A stretch of DNA of 64,000 bases from Candidatus Aminicenantes bacterium (GTDB taxonomy: Bacteria > Acidobacteriota > Aminicenantia > Aminicenantales > Saccharicenantaceae), in NCBI GenBank assembly GCA_034679465.1, contig JAXDAV010000032.1:59247-123246 (forward strand), read 5' to 3'. Made by a program: the position numbers and the translations under genes. Numbering within the stretch: the stretch's first letter is position 1; every line of letters starts with the position of its first letter. Shown piece after piece: positions 8,908 to 18,208 of the stretch. Under the pieces are notes generated by a model. It was not told the origin of the DNA. It saw only the letters and a program-made list of their open reading frames with translations, and searched no databases.

Positions 8908-9675
8908 TCAGGGCAGGACCAGGTCGTCGGCCTCGATGACAAAGGCCTCGGGTGAGATCCTCTTGATCTTCCGCCCGAAGAAGGCCTTGAGGGCCTTTTC
9001 GGCCGCCGCCTGTTCGGCCGCCTTCTTGGATGCACCCTTCGACTTGGACAGGACCTTCTCGCCGAGGCGCACCTCGACGGCGAAGATCCGGGCGTGGGGC
9101 GGCCCCTTTTCCGAGAGCAGGCGATAGGCGGGGGCGGGGAGCCCGGCCTTCTGGCAGATCTCCTGGAGGGCCGACTTGGAGTTGTTGATCGTTTGCGATT
9201 CGGCTCGGATGGGCTTCCGGCAGGGCTCGAGAAGGCCGCAGAGATACGATTTCGCGGCCTCGAATCCGCCGTCGAGATAGACCGCGCCGGCCAGGGCCTC
9301 GAAGGCGCCGGCCAGGATCGAGACTTTCTTCCGGCCGCCGCTCTTCTCTTCGCCGCGGCCGAGGCGGATGGCCTTGTCGAGCTTGAGGGTTCGGGCGAGA
9401 TGGGCCAGCGCCAGCGTGCTCGTCGCCGCGGCCTTGAGCTTGGACAGCTCGCCCTCGCTCCGTCCCGGGAAGGCGCGGTGGAAGAACTCGGCGGTGACCA
9501 GCCCGACGACGGAATCGCCCAGGAATTCGAGCAGCTCGTTGTCCTCCGGGGCCCCGGGGGCCTTTTCGTAGGCGTAGGAGCTGTGGGTCAGGGCTTTGGC
9601 GAGCAGGTCCCGGTCCGCGAAAGCGTAGCCGATCGCCTTCTCCAGGCGGTCGAGCGTCCTGCGGTCCGCGGTCAT
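8908..9675 (-). CDS. rnc: ribonuclease III
   Basis: RNase III signature ELLEFLGDSVVGLV plus a C-terminal dsRBD (KSALQEICQKAGLPAPAY...). Confidence 0.9.
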   Translation of the reverse strand: MTADRRTLDRLEKAIGYAFADRDLLAKALTHSSYAYEKAPGAPEDNELLEFLGDSVVGLVTAEFFHRAFPGRSEGELSKLKAAATSTLALAHLARTLKLDKAIRLGRGEEKSGGRKKVSILAGAFEALAGAVYLDGGFEAAKSYLCGLLEPCRKPIRAESQTINNSKSALQEICQKAGLPAPAYRLLSEKGPPHARIFAVEVRLGEKVLSKSKGASKKAAEQAAAEKALKAFFGRKIKRISPEAFVIEADDLVLP

Positions 9676-10973
9676 GGGCGCGCCGGCGGGGCCGTTCCGT
9701 CGAAGGGATAGGCGATCCGGCCGCCGACGATGGTCATGACCGGCCCTCCCCGGAGCGTCCAGCCGTCGAAGGGCGTGTTCCGTCCCTTGGACTCGAACGC
9801 GCTCCGGTCGACCGTGACCGGGAGGTCGAGGTCGAGGACGGTCAGATCGGCGTCGGCGCCGGCTTCGATGCGGCCCTGGCGCGGCAGGCTGAGCAGGCGG
9901 GCCGGCCCGGCGGCGAAAAGCTCGACGAACCGGGCCAGGGAGATCGTGCCCGGCCCGACCAGCCGGTCGAGAACGAGGGAGACGGCGGTCTCCAGGCCGA
10001 CGACGCCGAAGGGCGCGGCGGCCAACCCGCGGCCCTTTTCCTCGGCTGTGTGCGGGGCGTGGTCGGTGGCGACGGCGTCCACGGCCCCCGTCCGGATGGC
10101 TTCGACCAGGGCGGCCCTGTCCGCGGCCGACCGGAGCGGCGGGTTCATCTTGAAGTCCGCGTTGCCGGCGCCGAGGGCCTCCTCGGTGAGGAGCAGGTGG
10201 TGAGGGGTCGCTTCCGCCGAAACGCGGACCCCTCGGGCCTTGGCTTCTCCGACCAGGCGGACGCCGCCGGCCGTGGACAGGTGGGCGATGTGGACCGCGG
10301 TCCCCGCGGCCTCGGCCAGGATGATATCGCGGGCGACCATGATGTCCTCGGCGGCCGCGGGAATGCCGGCGACCCCGAGGCGGGCCGATACGGGCCCCTC
10401 GTTGATGACGCCGCCTTCGGCGAGCGGCCTGTCTTCGCAGTGGTCGATGATGAGCGAGCCGGCCTTCGCCGCCGCCTCCAGGGCCCGGCGCATGAGCCGG
10501 CTGTCCGCGACGGGGCGCCCGTCGTCCGAGAAGGCGACCGCCCCGGCCGCGACGAGATCGGCCATGTCGACGAGCTCCCGGCCGGTCGAACCGACGGTGA
10601 CGGCGGCGATGGGCAGGACGCGGGCCAGGCCGGCCCGCCGGGCCTCCGCCAGGATTCTCTCGGTCGTTTCCCGGCTGTCGTTCGCCGGCCGGGTGTTGGG
10701 CATGGCGCAGACCGAGGTGAAGCCGCCGCGGACGGCGGCCCGGACCCCGGTGAGAATGGTCTCTTTGGCCTCGTCCCCGGGCTCCCTCAAGTGGGCGTGC
10801 ATGTCGATGAGGCCCGGCACGACGACGAGGCCGCGGACATCGACCGCCCGCGCCCCGTCGGCCTCGAGGCGGGGTCCGACGGCGGCGATCCGGCCGCGCT
10901 CGATGAGGACGTCGAGGAGGCCGTCGAGCCCGGACGAGGGATCGACGACGCGGCCGCCGCGGAGGAGGATCAC
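9672..10973 (-). CDS. pyrC: dihydroorotase
   Basis: Amidohydrolase metal ligands (GLIDMHAHLREPG...) and overall dihydroorotase architecture. 4-nt overlaps with rnc and pyrR. Confidence 0.85.
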   Translation of the reverse strand: MILLRGGRVVDPSSGLDGLLDVLIERGRIAAVGPRLEADGARAVDVRGLVVVPGLIDMHAHLREPGDEAKETILTGVRAAVRGGFTSVCAMPNTRPANDSRETTERILAEARRAGLARVLPIAAVTVGSTGRELVDMADLVAAGAVAFSDDGRPVADSRLMRRALEAAAKAGSLIIDHCEDRPLAEGGVINEGPVSARLGVAGIPAAAEDIMVARDIILAEAAGTAVHIAHLSTAGGVRLVGEAKARGVRVSAEATPHHLLLTEEALGAGNADFKMNPPLRSAADRAALVEAIRTGAVDAVATDHAPHTAEEKGRGLAAAPFGVVGLETAVSLVLDRLVGPGTISLARFVELFAAGPARLLSLPRQGRIEAGADADLTVLDLDLPVTVDRSAFESKGRNTPFDGWTLRGGPVMTIVGGRIAYPFDGTAPPARP

Positions 10974-11539
10974 CGCTTCCTCGCGCCGCCGATCTTGACC
11001 GGCTCGGCGATGATGACCTCGTCGCTCCCGTCGATCTCCTTGAGCCGGACCCTCACGCGCTCGCGGTGGGACGTCGGCAGGACCTTGCCGACATAGTCCG
11101 GTCGGATGGGCAGCTCGCGGTGGCCGCGGTCGATGAGCACGGTGAGCTGGACCGATTGGGGCCGCCCCCGGTCGATCAGCGCGTCCATGGCCGCCCGGAT
11201 GGTCCGGCCGGTCATGAGCACGTCGTCGACGAGCAGGACGTCCTTCTTGACGACGGGGAAGCCGAGCTCGCTCTCGTCGAGCGCGGGCCCCGCCGCGCGG
11301 GCCGGCGCGTCGTCCCGGTAGGGGGTGATGTCGAGAAGGCCGGCCGGGACGTCGACGCCCTCGAGCTCCTTGACCGAGCGGGCGATCCGGCGGCCGATGG
11401 CCAGGCCCCGAGGCTTGACCGCGACGATGACCAGGTTCTTGAGGGTCCTGTTCCTCTCGATGATCTCGGTGGCGACGCGGGCGAGGACGCGGCGCATCCG
11501 GGTCGCGTCCATGATGCGGGCTTTTGTCTTTTCGACCAT
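10970..11539 (-). CDS. pyrR: bifunctional pyrimidine operon regulator / uracil phosphoribosyltransferase PyrR
   Basis: PRTase motif LLVDDVLMTGRTIRAAMDAL and a PyrR-like N-terminus (RVLARVATEIIERN). Start taken at the ATG encoding MVEKTK. Confidence 0.85.
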   Translation of the reverse strand: MVEKTKARIMDATRMRRVLARVATEIIERNRTLKNLVIVAVKPRGLAIGRRIARSVKELEGVDVPAGLLDITPYRDDAPARAAGPALDESELGFPVVKKDVLLVDDVLMTGRTIRAAMDALIDRGRPQSVQLTVLIDRGHRELPIRPDYVGKVLPTSHRERVRVRLKEIDGSDEVIIAEPVKIGGARKR

Positions 11540-11600
11540 GCCTGGGCTCCTGGCGCGGGCGGCTCCCGCCTCTTGAACATGCATGAACCCCGCCGAAATG

Positions 11601-12536
11601 TCAACCCCGCCGGGCGCCGCGCCGGGCGAACCAGGCCCGGGCCTCCTCGATGTCCCGGGCGATCCGGGCGGCGAGGGCCTCGGCGTCGGGGAACGCTCGG
11701 GTCGGGCGGAGCCGGCTCAGGAAGCGGACGGTGATCGCGGCCCCGTAGAGCGGGCCGTGGAAATCGAGGAGGAGGGTCTCGACGGTCAGGGGGCCGGGAC
11801 CGAAGGTCGGGTTGGGGCCGACGCTCGTCACCGAGCGATGGACGGTCCCGCCGCGGACCGTTTCGGTGACATACACGCCGTCGGGCAGGATCTCGCTGGC
11901 CGTCTCCAGATTGGCCGTCGGAAAGCCCAGCCGCCGGCCGCGCCGCCGGCCACGGACGACCCGGCCGGCGATCTCGTACGGCCGGCCCAGAAGCCGGGCG
12001 GCCTCTTCGACCCGGCCGCGGCTGAGGAGGCGGCGCGCCGCGGTCGAGCTGACCGTCCGCCCCCCCCGGACGGCCGGAGCCACGATATGAACGCCGAGGC
12101 CCGCCCGCCGGCCGAGCCGGGCGAGGAGGGCGGCGCCGCCGCGGCGGCCGCGGCCGAAGCGGAAGTCCCGGCCGACGACGATCTCCCGGCCGCCGAGCCG
12201 GTCCCGGAGGACGTCCTCGACGAAGGACCGACAGCCGAGGCGGGCGAACGCGCGGTCGAAAGGGATGACGACGACGGCGTCGATGCACGTGCCGCGGAGC
12301 CGGTCGAGACGCTGGTCCGGCGTGTCGATCAGGAGGACCGACCTCCGGCCGAGGGCCCGTTCGGGGTGGGGCTCGAAGGTCAGTACGAGGGAGCGCAGGC
12401 CCCGCCGGGCGGCCAGCCGGCAGAGGCGGTCGACGATCCTCCGGTGACCGAGGTGGAGGCCGTCGAAATTGCCCACGGCCACCGCGGCCGGGAGGGGCCG
12501 GAGCCGCGGATCGTCGAGGCCGCGATAAAGGACCAT
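11601..12536 (-). CDS. ribF: bifunctional riboflavin kinase / FMN adenylyltransferase
   Basis: N-terminal GNFDGLHLGHRRI (nucleotidyltransferase) and a C-terminal riboflavin kinase region (PTANL...GVY). Confidence 0.85.
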   Translation of the reverse strand: MVLYRGLDDPRLRPLPAAVAVGNFDGLHLGHRRIVDRLCRLAARRGLRSLVLTFEPHPERALGRRSVLLIDTPDQRLDRLRGTCIDAVVVIPFDRAFARLGCRSFVEDVLRDRLGGREIVVGRDFRFGRGRRGGAALLARLGRRAGLGVHIVAPAVRGGRTVSSTAARRLLSRGRVEEAARLLGRPYEIAGRVVRGRRRGRRLGFPTANLETASEILPDGVYVTETVRGGTVHRSVTSVGPNPTFGPGPLTVETLLLDFHGPLYGAAITVRFLSRLRPTRAFPDAEALAARIARDIEEARAWFARRGARRG

Positions 12537-12540
12537 CCGC

Positions 12541-12858
12541 CTACATCTTGACGACGTCGGCGATCTTGAGGTAGGCCAGCTTGAGCTGGTCGATGGCGTC
12601 GTCGAGATATTTCTGTTCCCCGGGCTCGAGGTTGCCTTTCGTCCGGTCCCTGAGCAGGTCGAGGAGGTCGATGTTCCTCTTGGCCAGGCCCAGGCTCTCC
12701 CTCTTTGCGCCCGTCACCGGGTCTTCCACGAGGCCGAGCTGGACGAGCGCGGGGAAATAGAGAAGCATGATGATGGAGCTGAGCTCAAGGGGCGGGAGGA
12801 ACTCCCTTCCCTCGGGCGCCCCGGGGCCGTCCTTCGCTTTGGTGTTCTCATCCGTCAT
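12541..12858 (-). CDS. DUF1844 domain protein
   Basis: Small acidic protein; ...LLYFPALVQLGLVEDPVTG... resembles DUF1844 family members. Confidence 0.5.
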   Translation of the reverse strand: MTDENTKAKDGPGAPEGREFLPPLELSSIIMLLYFPALVQLGLVEDPVTGAKRESLGLAKRNIDLLDLLRDRTKGNLEPGEQKYLDDAIDQLKLAYLKIADVVKM

Positions 12859-12889
12859 TGGCCTATCCTCATTTCACCGGAGTCGCCCA

Positions 12890-14006
12890 TCATACCTTCT
12901 TCTTGCGCAGGACGAGCGCCGCCTTGATGAAGTCGTCGAGGTCGCCGTCGAGGACGCGGTCGGTGTCTCCCGTTTCCAGGCGCGTCCGCAGGTCCTTGAT
13001 CATCCGGTAGGGGTGGAGGACGTAGGACCGGATCTGGTTGCCCCAGGCGATGTCGGACTTGGCGTCCTCGAGCTTCTCCAGCTTGGCGCTCTGCTTCATC
13101 TTCTCGAGCTCGTAGAGGCGGGCCTTGAGGATCTTCATGGCCATGGCCTTGTTCTTGTGCTGGGAGCGCTCGTTCTGGCACTGGACGACGATGCCGGTCG
13201 GGAGGTGGGTGATGCGGACCGCTGAATCCGTCCGGTTGACGTGCTGGCCGCCGGCGCCCGAAGCCCGGTAGGTGTCGATCCGGAGGTCCTCGGGATTGAC
13301 CTCCACTTCGATGTCCTCGTCGACCTCGGGGTAGACGAAGACCGCGGCGAAGGAGGTGTGCCGCCGCTTGGCGGCGTCGAAGGGCGAGATGCGGACGAGC
13401 CGGTGGACGCCGGTCTCCTGGCTGAGATTGCCGAAGGCGAAGTCGCCCTCGAAGCGGAGGGTCGCGCTCTTGAGGCCCGCCTCGTCCCCGGGCTGGTGGT
13501 CGAGGACCTCGGTCTTGAAGCCTTTGCGCTCGGCGTAGCGGAGGTACATCCGGAGGAGCATCTCGGCCCAATCCTGCGACTCGGTGCCGCCGGCCCCCGG
13601 ATGGACGGTCAGGATGGCGTTCCGGGGATCGTCCGGGTCATCGAACAGGGCCCTGAGCTCGGCCTCCCGGAGGTCGTTCTCGAGCCGGTCGACGGCCGCG
13701 CCGAGGTCCGCTTCGATGTTTTCGCCCTCGGCGGCGAGCTCGGTGAGGACCTCGATCTCCTCCTTCTGGCCGCTGATCCGCTTGAAGAACCCGAGGTCCT
13801 TCTCCAGGAGCTTCTTCTTCTGCTGAAGGGATTGCGAAAGCTTCTGGTCCTGCCAGACCTCGGGCGAGGCCAGGCGGGCGTTTATCGAGGCCAGCTCGGC
13901 GGTCTTGGGGTCGAGGTCAAAGAAAACCTCGGACCTCTTCGATCTTGGCGAAGAGGCCGGCGATCCGGGTCCGGATGTCGATGGCTCGGGTTTCGGGTGG
14001 GGTCAT
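12890..14006 (-). CDS. prfB: peptide chain release factor 2 (programmed +1 frameshift)
   Basis: The first 29 codons ([29 protein letters not shown]) end at an in-frame TGA within CTT TGA C (13916-13922, minus strand). A +1 shift continues [25 protein letters not shown]... in frame to 12890, with the GGQ motif ([16 protein letters not shown]) present. Confidence 0.85.
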
Positions 14007-14023
14007 GGCGATCGCTGTCCTTG

Positions 14024-14587
14024 TCAGTACTGGACGACCCAGAAGTCCGTCTTCTTGCCGGCGGCGGCGTTCAGCTTCTTCAGGAGGTCGGCGGCCCGGT
14101 CCCTGGCGGCGTAACCCCCCAGCCGGACCTTGTAGTTCACTTCGCCCCGGGGGGGATCGACGACGATGGCCGTGTGGCCCTGCTTCCGGTATTTGTCCGC
14201 CTCGGCCTGGGCCTGGGCCCGGTCGGCCACGGCGAGCACCTGGACATAGTAGAGGCCGCGCGCGGCGGGCGCGGGCGTCTTCGTCTCGACCGTCTTCGAG
14301 GGGGCCGCGGTCTCGGCCGCCGGCTGCTGGGACGGCGTCGCCTGGGGCCGGAGAGGCGCCGCGCCGCCGGCCGCGGTGTCGGACGGGGCCGGCTTGACCG
14401 AGGCCTCCTTGACGGGTTCGGGGATCTGCTGAGTGACGATCCGGGTCGGAGCGGCGGCGCGGGCCTGGGTCTTCCCGACGGAGACGCCGAGGAGGAAGAT
14501 GAACACGCCCAGCGCCAGGACGCCGAGGAAGATGACGACGAGAAGGCTGCTCGAGACCTGGATCTCGCGGAATTCTTTGTTGGCCAT
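14024..14587 (-). CDS. SPOR domain protein (peptidoglycan-binding, membrane-anchored)
   Basis: N-terminal TM helix, a Pro/Ala-rich linker, and a C-terminal SPOR-like fold (YYVQVLAVADRAQAQAEADKYRKQGHTAIVV...YKVRLGGY). Confidence 0.65.
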   Translation of the reverse strand: MANKEFREIQVSSSLLVVIFLGVLALGVFIFLLGVSVGKTQARAAAPTRIVTQQIPEPVKEASVKPAPSDTAAGGAAPLRPQATPSQQPAAETAAPSKTVETKTPAPAARGLYYVQVLAVADRAQAQAEADKYRKQGHTAIVVDPPRGEVNYKVRLGGYAARDRAADLLKKLNAAAGKKTDFWVVQY

Positions 14588-15375
14588 CAGCTCTGCTTCT
14601 TCTCCTGGCTCTTATCGTACGTGAAAGCCCGCAGGAGCTCAAGCGGCAGGGGGAAGACGATGGTCGAGTTCTTCTCCGTCGCGATCTCCCCCAGCGTGCC
14701 GAGGAACCTCAGCTGGAGCGCCTGCGGGTTCCGCGAGATGATGTCGGCGGCCTGGGTCAGCTTGTCGGCGGCCTGGAACTCGCCGTCGGCGTGGATGACC
14801 TTGGCCCGGCGATCGCGCTCGGCCTCGGCCTGCTTGGCGATGGCCCGGACCATGTTCTCCGGCAGGTCGACGTGCTTCATCTCGACCAGCTGGACCTTGA
14901 TGCCCCAGGGATCGGTGTGGCGGTCGATGATCTCCTGGAGGCGGGCGTTGAGCTTCTCCCGCTCCGAGAGGAGGTCGTCGAGATCGACCTGGCCGAGGAC
15001 GCTGCGCAGGGTGGTCTGGGCCAGCTGGGAGGTGGCGTAGAGGTAGTCCTGGACCTCGACAACGGACTTGGCGGGCTCGACGACCCGGAAGTAGAGGACG
15101 GCGTTGACCTTGACCGAGATGTTGTCGCGGGTGATGACGTCCTGAGGCGGGACGTCCATGGCGATGAGCCGCAGGCTGATGCGGACCATCCGGTCGATCG
15201 GGGAGAAGACGAGGATGAGCCCGGGGCCCTTGGGCTGGGGGAGCAGGCGCCCGAGCCGGAAGATGACGCCCCGCTCGTACTCCCGCAGGATCTTGATCGA
15301 ATTGAGGATGTAGAGAACGAGGATGCCGACGACGATGATCGGATAAGTGATCACGATGCCCTCCTGACCGGTCAT
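14587..15375 (-). CDS. SPFH/Band 7 (stomatin-like) protein
   Basis: N-terminal TM helix and an SPFH-like domain ([14 protein letters not shown]...). 4-nt overlap with the upstream NfeD gene. Confidence 0.8.
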   Translation of the reverse strand: MTGQEGIVITYPIIVVGILVLYILNSIKILREYERGVIFRLGRLLPQPKGPGLILVFSPIDRMVRISLRLIAMDVPPQDVITRDNISVKVNAVLYFRVVEPAKSVVEVQDYLYATSQLAQTTLRSVLGQVDLDDLLSEREKLNARLQEIIDRHTDPWGIKVQLVEMKHVDLPENMVRAIAKQAEAERDRRAKVIHADGEFQAADKLTQAADIISRNPQALQLRFLGTLGEIATEKNSTIVFPLPLELLRAFTYDKSQEKKQS

Positions 15376-16694
15376 GATTTGACGACCCGTATCTTCAGGC
15401 CGTCGAGAGCCTCGACGACCTTGACTTTCTCGCCGGCGCGGACGCTCTCGTCGGCCACGGCCTCCCAGAGCTCGCCGTGGACGAAGACCCAGCCGGCGGG
15501 GGAGAGGTCGGTCCGGGCCGTCCCCGTTTCGCCGATCATCCCTTCGCGCCCGGTGGTCGCGCGGCGGGTGTGGGCCTTGAACACCAGGGCGACCAGGAAC
15601 AGGACGATCGCGGCGAGGCCGAGGACGACCGGCAGGACGATGCCGAGGCTGGGCCGGAGCTCGGCGATGGGGGCCTTGATGAGCATGAGCGAGCCGATGA
15701 TCATGGCGGCGATCCCTCCGACGGCCAGCATGCCGAAGCTCTGGACCTTGATTTCGAGGATGAACAAGATGACGGCCAGGAGGATCAGGCCCAGGCCCAC
15801 GTAGTTGATGGGCAGGATCTGGAAGGCGAAGACGGCCAGGAGGAGCGAGATGCCCCCCAGGACGCCGGGCAGGATGGCCCCGGGGTTGGAGAACTCGAAA
15901 TAGAGCCCCAGGAGCCCGATCATGAGCAGGATGTAGGCCAGGTTCGGGTTGGAAATGGTCAGGAGGAACTTCTGCCGGGCCGTCAGGGGCAGGTCGACGA
16001 CGGGCCGGCCGGCCAAGGCCAGCGTCCGGGCGCTGCCGTCGAAGCGCTCGATCGTCCGGCCGTCGAGCCAGGCGATGATCTCGGCCTCGGAGGAGGCGAC
16101 GAGGTCGATGAGCCCGCCGGCCAGGGCTTCCTGTTCCGTGTAGGACAGGCTCTTGCGCACGGCGTCCTCGGCCATGCTCACGTTCCGGCCGCGCTTCTCG
16201 GCGATCGAACGGACATAGGCCGCGGCGTCGTGGGTGACCTTGTCCTCCATCGTCTTGTCCATGGCCTGGCCCGTGAGCGAGATGCCCACGGGATGGGCCG
16301 AGCCGGTGCTCGTGCCGGGGGCCATGGCGAAGACGTCGCAGGCCAGGGCGATGAGGAAGCCCGCGGAGGCGGCCCGCGAGCCGGCCGGACCGACGAACGC
16401 GGCCACGGGCGTCTCGGCGTTGACGATCGCCTCGATGATCTCGCGCATCGAGGAGTCGAGCCCGCCGGGCGTATCGAGGGTCAGGATGACCAGCTCGGCG
16501 CCGTCGCGGCCGGCCCGTTCCAGCGACTTGACCACATACTCGGAGGTGACCGGATGGATGGGGGTGTCGACCTTGATCTTGATGACGGCGGCCGAGGCCG
16601 GGACGGCCCCGCCCAGCAGGAGGGTCAGGGCCGCGAGAAGAAGGACGCTTGGGACTTTCAACGCGGCTTTATTATAAAATCGGGCCCGGCTCAA
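15372..16694 (-). CDS. NfeD-like membrane-bound serine protease (stomatin operon partner)
   Basis: Signal peptide, ClpP-like protease domain ([12 protein letters not shown]...), a multi-TM region and a C-terminal OB-fold. This is the classic pairing with stomatin. Confidence 0.8.
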   Translation of the reverse strand: MSRARFYNKAALKVPSVLLLAALTLLLGGAVPASAAVIKIKVDTPIHPVTSEYVVKSLERAGRDGAELVILTLDTPGGLDSSMREIIEAIVNAETPVAAFVGPAGSRAASAGFLIALACDVFAMAPGTSTGSAHPVGISLTGQAMDKTMEDKVTHDAAAYVRSIAEKRGRNVSMAEDAVRKSLSYTEQEALAGGLIDLVASSEAEIIAWLDGRTIERFDGSARTLALAGRPVVDLPLTARQKFLLTISNPNLAYILLMIGLLGLYFEFSNPGAILPGVLGGISLLLAVFAFQILPINYVGLGLILLAVILFILEIKVQSFGMLAVGGIAAMIIGSLMLIKAPIAELRPSLGIVLPVVLGLAAIVLFLVALVFKAHTRRATTGREGMIGETGTARTDLSPAGWVFVHGELWEAVADESVRAGEKVKVVEALDGLKIRVVKS

Positions 16695-16735
16695 GTCAAC
16701 CGATTCGGCTCCCCCGGTTCGCTCCCAGTTTGTGC

Positions 16736-16764
16736 TTGACTTTTTATTTTCAATAAATTAAATA
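16736..16764 (+). promoter_or_regulatory. sigma70-type promoter for the HU/IHF gene
   Basis: TTGACT (16736-16741), a 17-nt AT-rich spacer, TAAATA (16759-16764). AAGGAG RBS sits 8 nt before ATG 16797. Confidence 0.5.
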
Positions 16765-16796
16765 TAGTCTTTGTTTTTGTCCAAGGAGTGATTTCG

Positions 16797-17084
16797 ATGA
16801 TCAAGAACGATATCGCCCTGGCGATCGAGAAGAAGACCGAGTTCAGCAGGGCCAAGTCCCTGTCGATCGTCGAGGCCGTTCTGGCGTCGCTCAAGTCCGC
16901 TCTTGCCAACCGGGACAAGGTCGAGATCCGCGGCTTCGGAAGCTTCAAGGTGGTGGCCAAGAAGACCGGCTTCGGGCGCGACATCCGCCGTCAGAAGCAG
17001 ATCCGCATCGAGAAGGGCCAGCGGATCAAGTTCCGGCCCGGCCAGGAGCTCAAGACCCTCCTCTCCAAGTCCAAGGCCTCTTAA
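16797..17084 (+). CDS. HU/IHF family DNA-binding protein
   Basis: ...RGFGSFKVVAKKTGFGRDIRRQKQIRIEKGQRIKFRPG... matches the HU/IHF arm region. Start at the ATG preceded by AAGGAG. Confidence 0.8.
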   Translation: MIKNDIALAIEKKTEFSRAKSLSIVEAVLASLKSALANRDKVEIRGFGSFKVVAKKTGFGRDIRRQKQIRIEKGQRIKFRPGQELKTLLSKSKAS

Positions 17085-17090
17085 AAAGAT

Positions 17091-17168
17091 CGGACCGGGT
17101 CTTCGCAAGATCCCCCTCCGCACGCTCCCCAGTTGGCGGTTCAGGTCGTTTTGCGAAGACCCGGTCCG
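17091..17168. terminator. 18-bp perfect inverted repeat (cggaccgggtcttcgcaa ... ttgcgaagacccggtccg); candidate bidirectional terminator
   Basis: Arms at 17091-17108 and 17151-17168 with a 42-nt spacer, flanked by AAAAAG and CTTTTT. It lies between the convergent HU/IHF and coaE genes, and the coaE reading frame runs into the right arm. Confidence 0.4.
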
Positions 17169-17833
17169 TTCTTTTTGAGTTGAACGTCGAGGGCGAGCCG
17201 GGCGTAGAGGCGCTCGGCCTGCTCGACCGTTTCGGCCGGCGATCCCGACGTGTCGACCGTGTAGTCGGCGTGCTTCACCTTCTCCCGGACCGGCATCTGC
17301 GTCCCGATCCTGCGCAGGGCGTCGGCCCGGCCGATCCCGTCGCGCTCGCGGAGGCGCCGGACCTGGTCGGCCCGGCGGCAGTGGACGACGACGACGCGGT
17401 CGAAATCGCCGGCGTACCCGGCTTCGATGGTGAGGGCGGCCTCGACCACGAAGATGCGGGCCCGGCCCTCGCGGGCGAGCCTGCGGGCGGTCCTCTCCTG
17501 GTCTTCGCGGACGAGCGGATGGACGAGCCCGTCCACGAAGCGCCGCGCGGCCGGGTCGGAGAAGAGGATGGCCCCGAGGGCGGCCCGGTCGATCGTCCGG
17601 TCGGGACGGAGGACCGCGGGACCGAAGCGGGCGACGACCGCCTTCCAGGCGGCCCGGCCGGGGCCCATCAGGTCATGGGCGGCCTTGTCGGCCGAATAGA
17701 CGACACAGCCTTTTTCGGCCAGGATGCGGGCGACGACGGACTTGCCGCAGGCGATCCCTCCGGTCAGGGCGACCCGGAGGACCCTATTTCTTCCGGGCGG
17801 TCTTCTTGACCGGGACGACCTTGAACAAGTCAT
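17141..17833 (-). CDS. coaE: dephospho-CoA kinase
   Basis: P-loop ALTGGIACGKS and a CoaE-like body. The start is uncertain, because the only ATG (17833) overlaps the upstream PilZ gene by 50 nt. Confidence 0.7.
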   Translation of the reverse strand: MTCSRSSRSRRPPGRNRVLRVALTGGIACGKSVVARILAEKGCVVYSADKAAHDLMGPGRAAWKAVVARFGPAVLRPDRTIDRAALGAILFSDPAARRFVDGLVHPLVREDQERTARRLAREGRARIFVVEAALTIEAGYAGDFDRVVVVHCRRADQVRRLRERDGIGRADALRRIGTQMPVREKVKHADYTVDTSGSPAETVEQAERLYARLALDVQLKKNGPGLRKTT

Positions 17834-18188
17834 CGCTGAACCGGACGGCGACGCCCTGGCGCTTCGTCTTCTTGTCGGGTTTTTCCAGGCGGACGGTGAT
17901 GCCGCCGATGCGCAGTCTCAGCTTCTTGCCGTCGGCCAGCTTCTCCGGCAGCTCGATGTAGAGGTTGAGCTTCGAGCCGACGACGACCCCCGAATCCAGG
18001 GAGAAATAGGCCCCGCCGGAGGAGATGTTCTCGAGGTGGGTCTCCTCCTTGAACTTGGCGCCGTCGGCGGAGCTCCCTTCGATGAGCGTGTCCAGGGGGA
18101 AGTCGAACCGCCATTCGCGGCGGCGGTTGATCTCCAGGTCCTCGGGGACGGGCTTGGTCCTCTTCTTGGGGGCGGCTTTCTTGGTCAT
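17784..18188 (-). CDS. PilZ domain protein
   Basis: RRREWRF (RxxxR) and ENISSGGAYF (D/NxSxGG), with an N-terminal Lys-rich tail. Confidence 0.65.
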   Translation of the reverse strand: MTKKAAPKKRTKPVPEDLEINRRREWRFDFPLDTLIEGSSADGAKFKEETHLENISSGGAYFSLDSGVVVGSKLNLYIELPEKLADGKKLRLRIGGITVRLEKPDKKTKRQGVAVRFSDDLFKVVPVKKTARKK

Positions 18189-18208
18189 GGCGTCCTCGCT
18201 TCCTCGCT

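Noticed and set aside
11212-12288. 358-aa Arg/Pro-rich ORF on the minus strand, plus 11583-12551 on the plus strand, overlapping pyrR and ribF
   Set aside because: Off-frame artefacts. The ribF frame (11601-12536, minus strand) carries real motifs.
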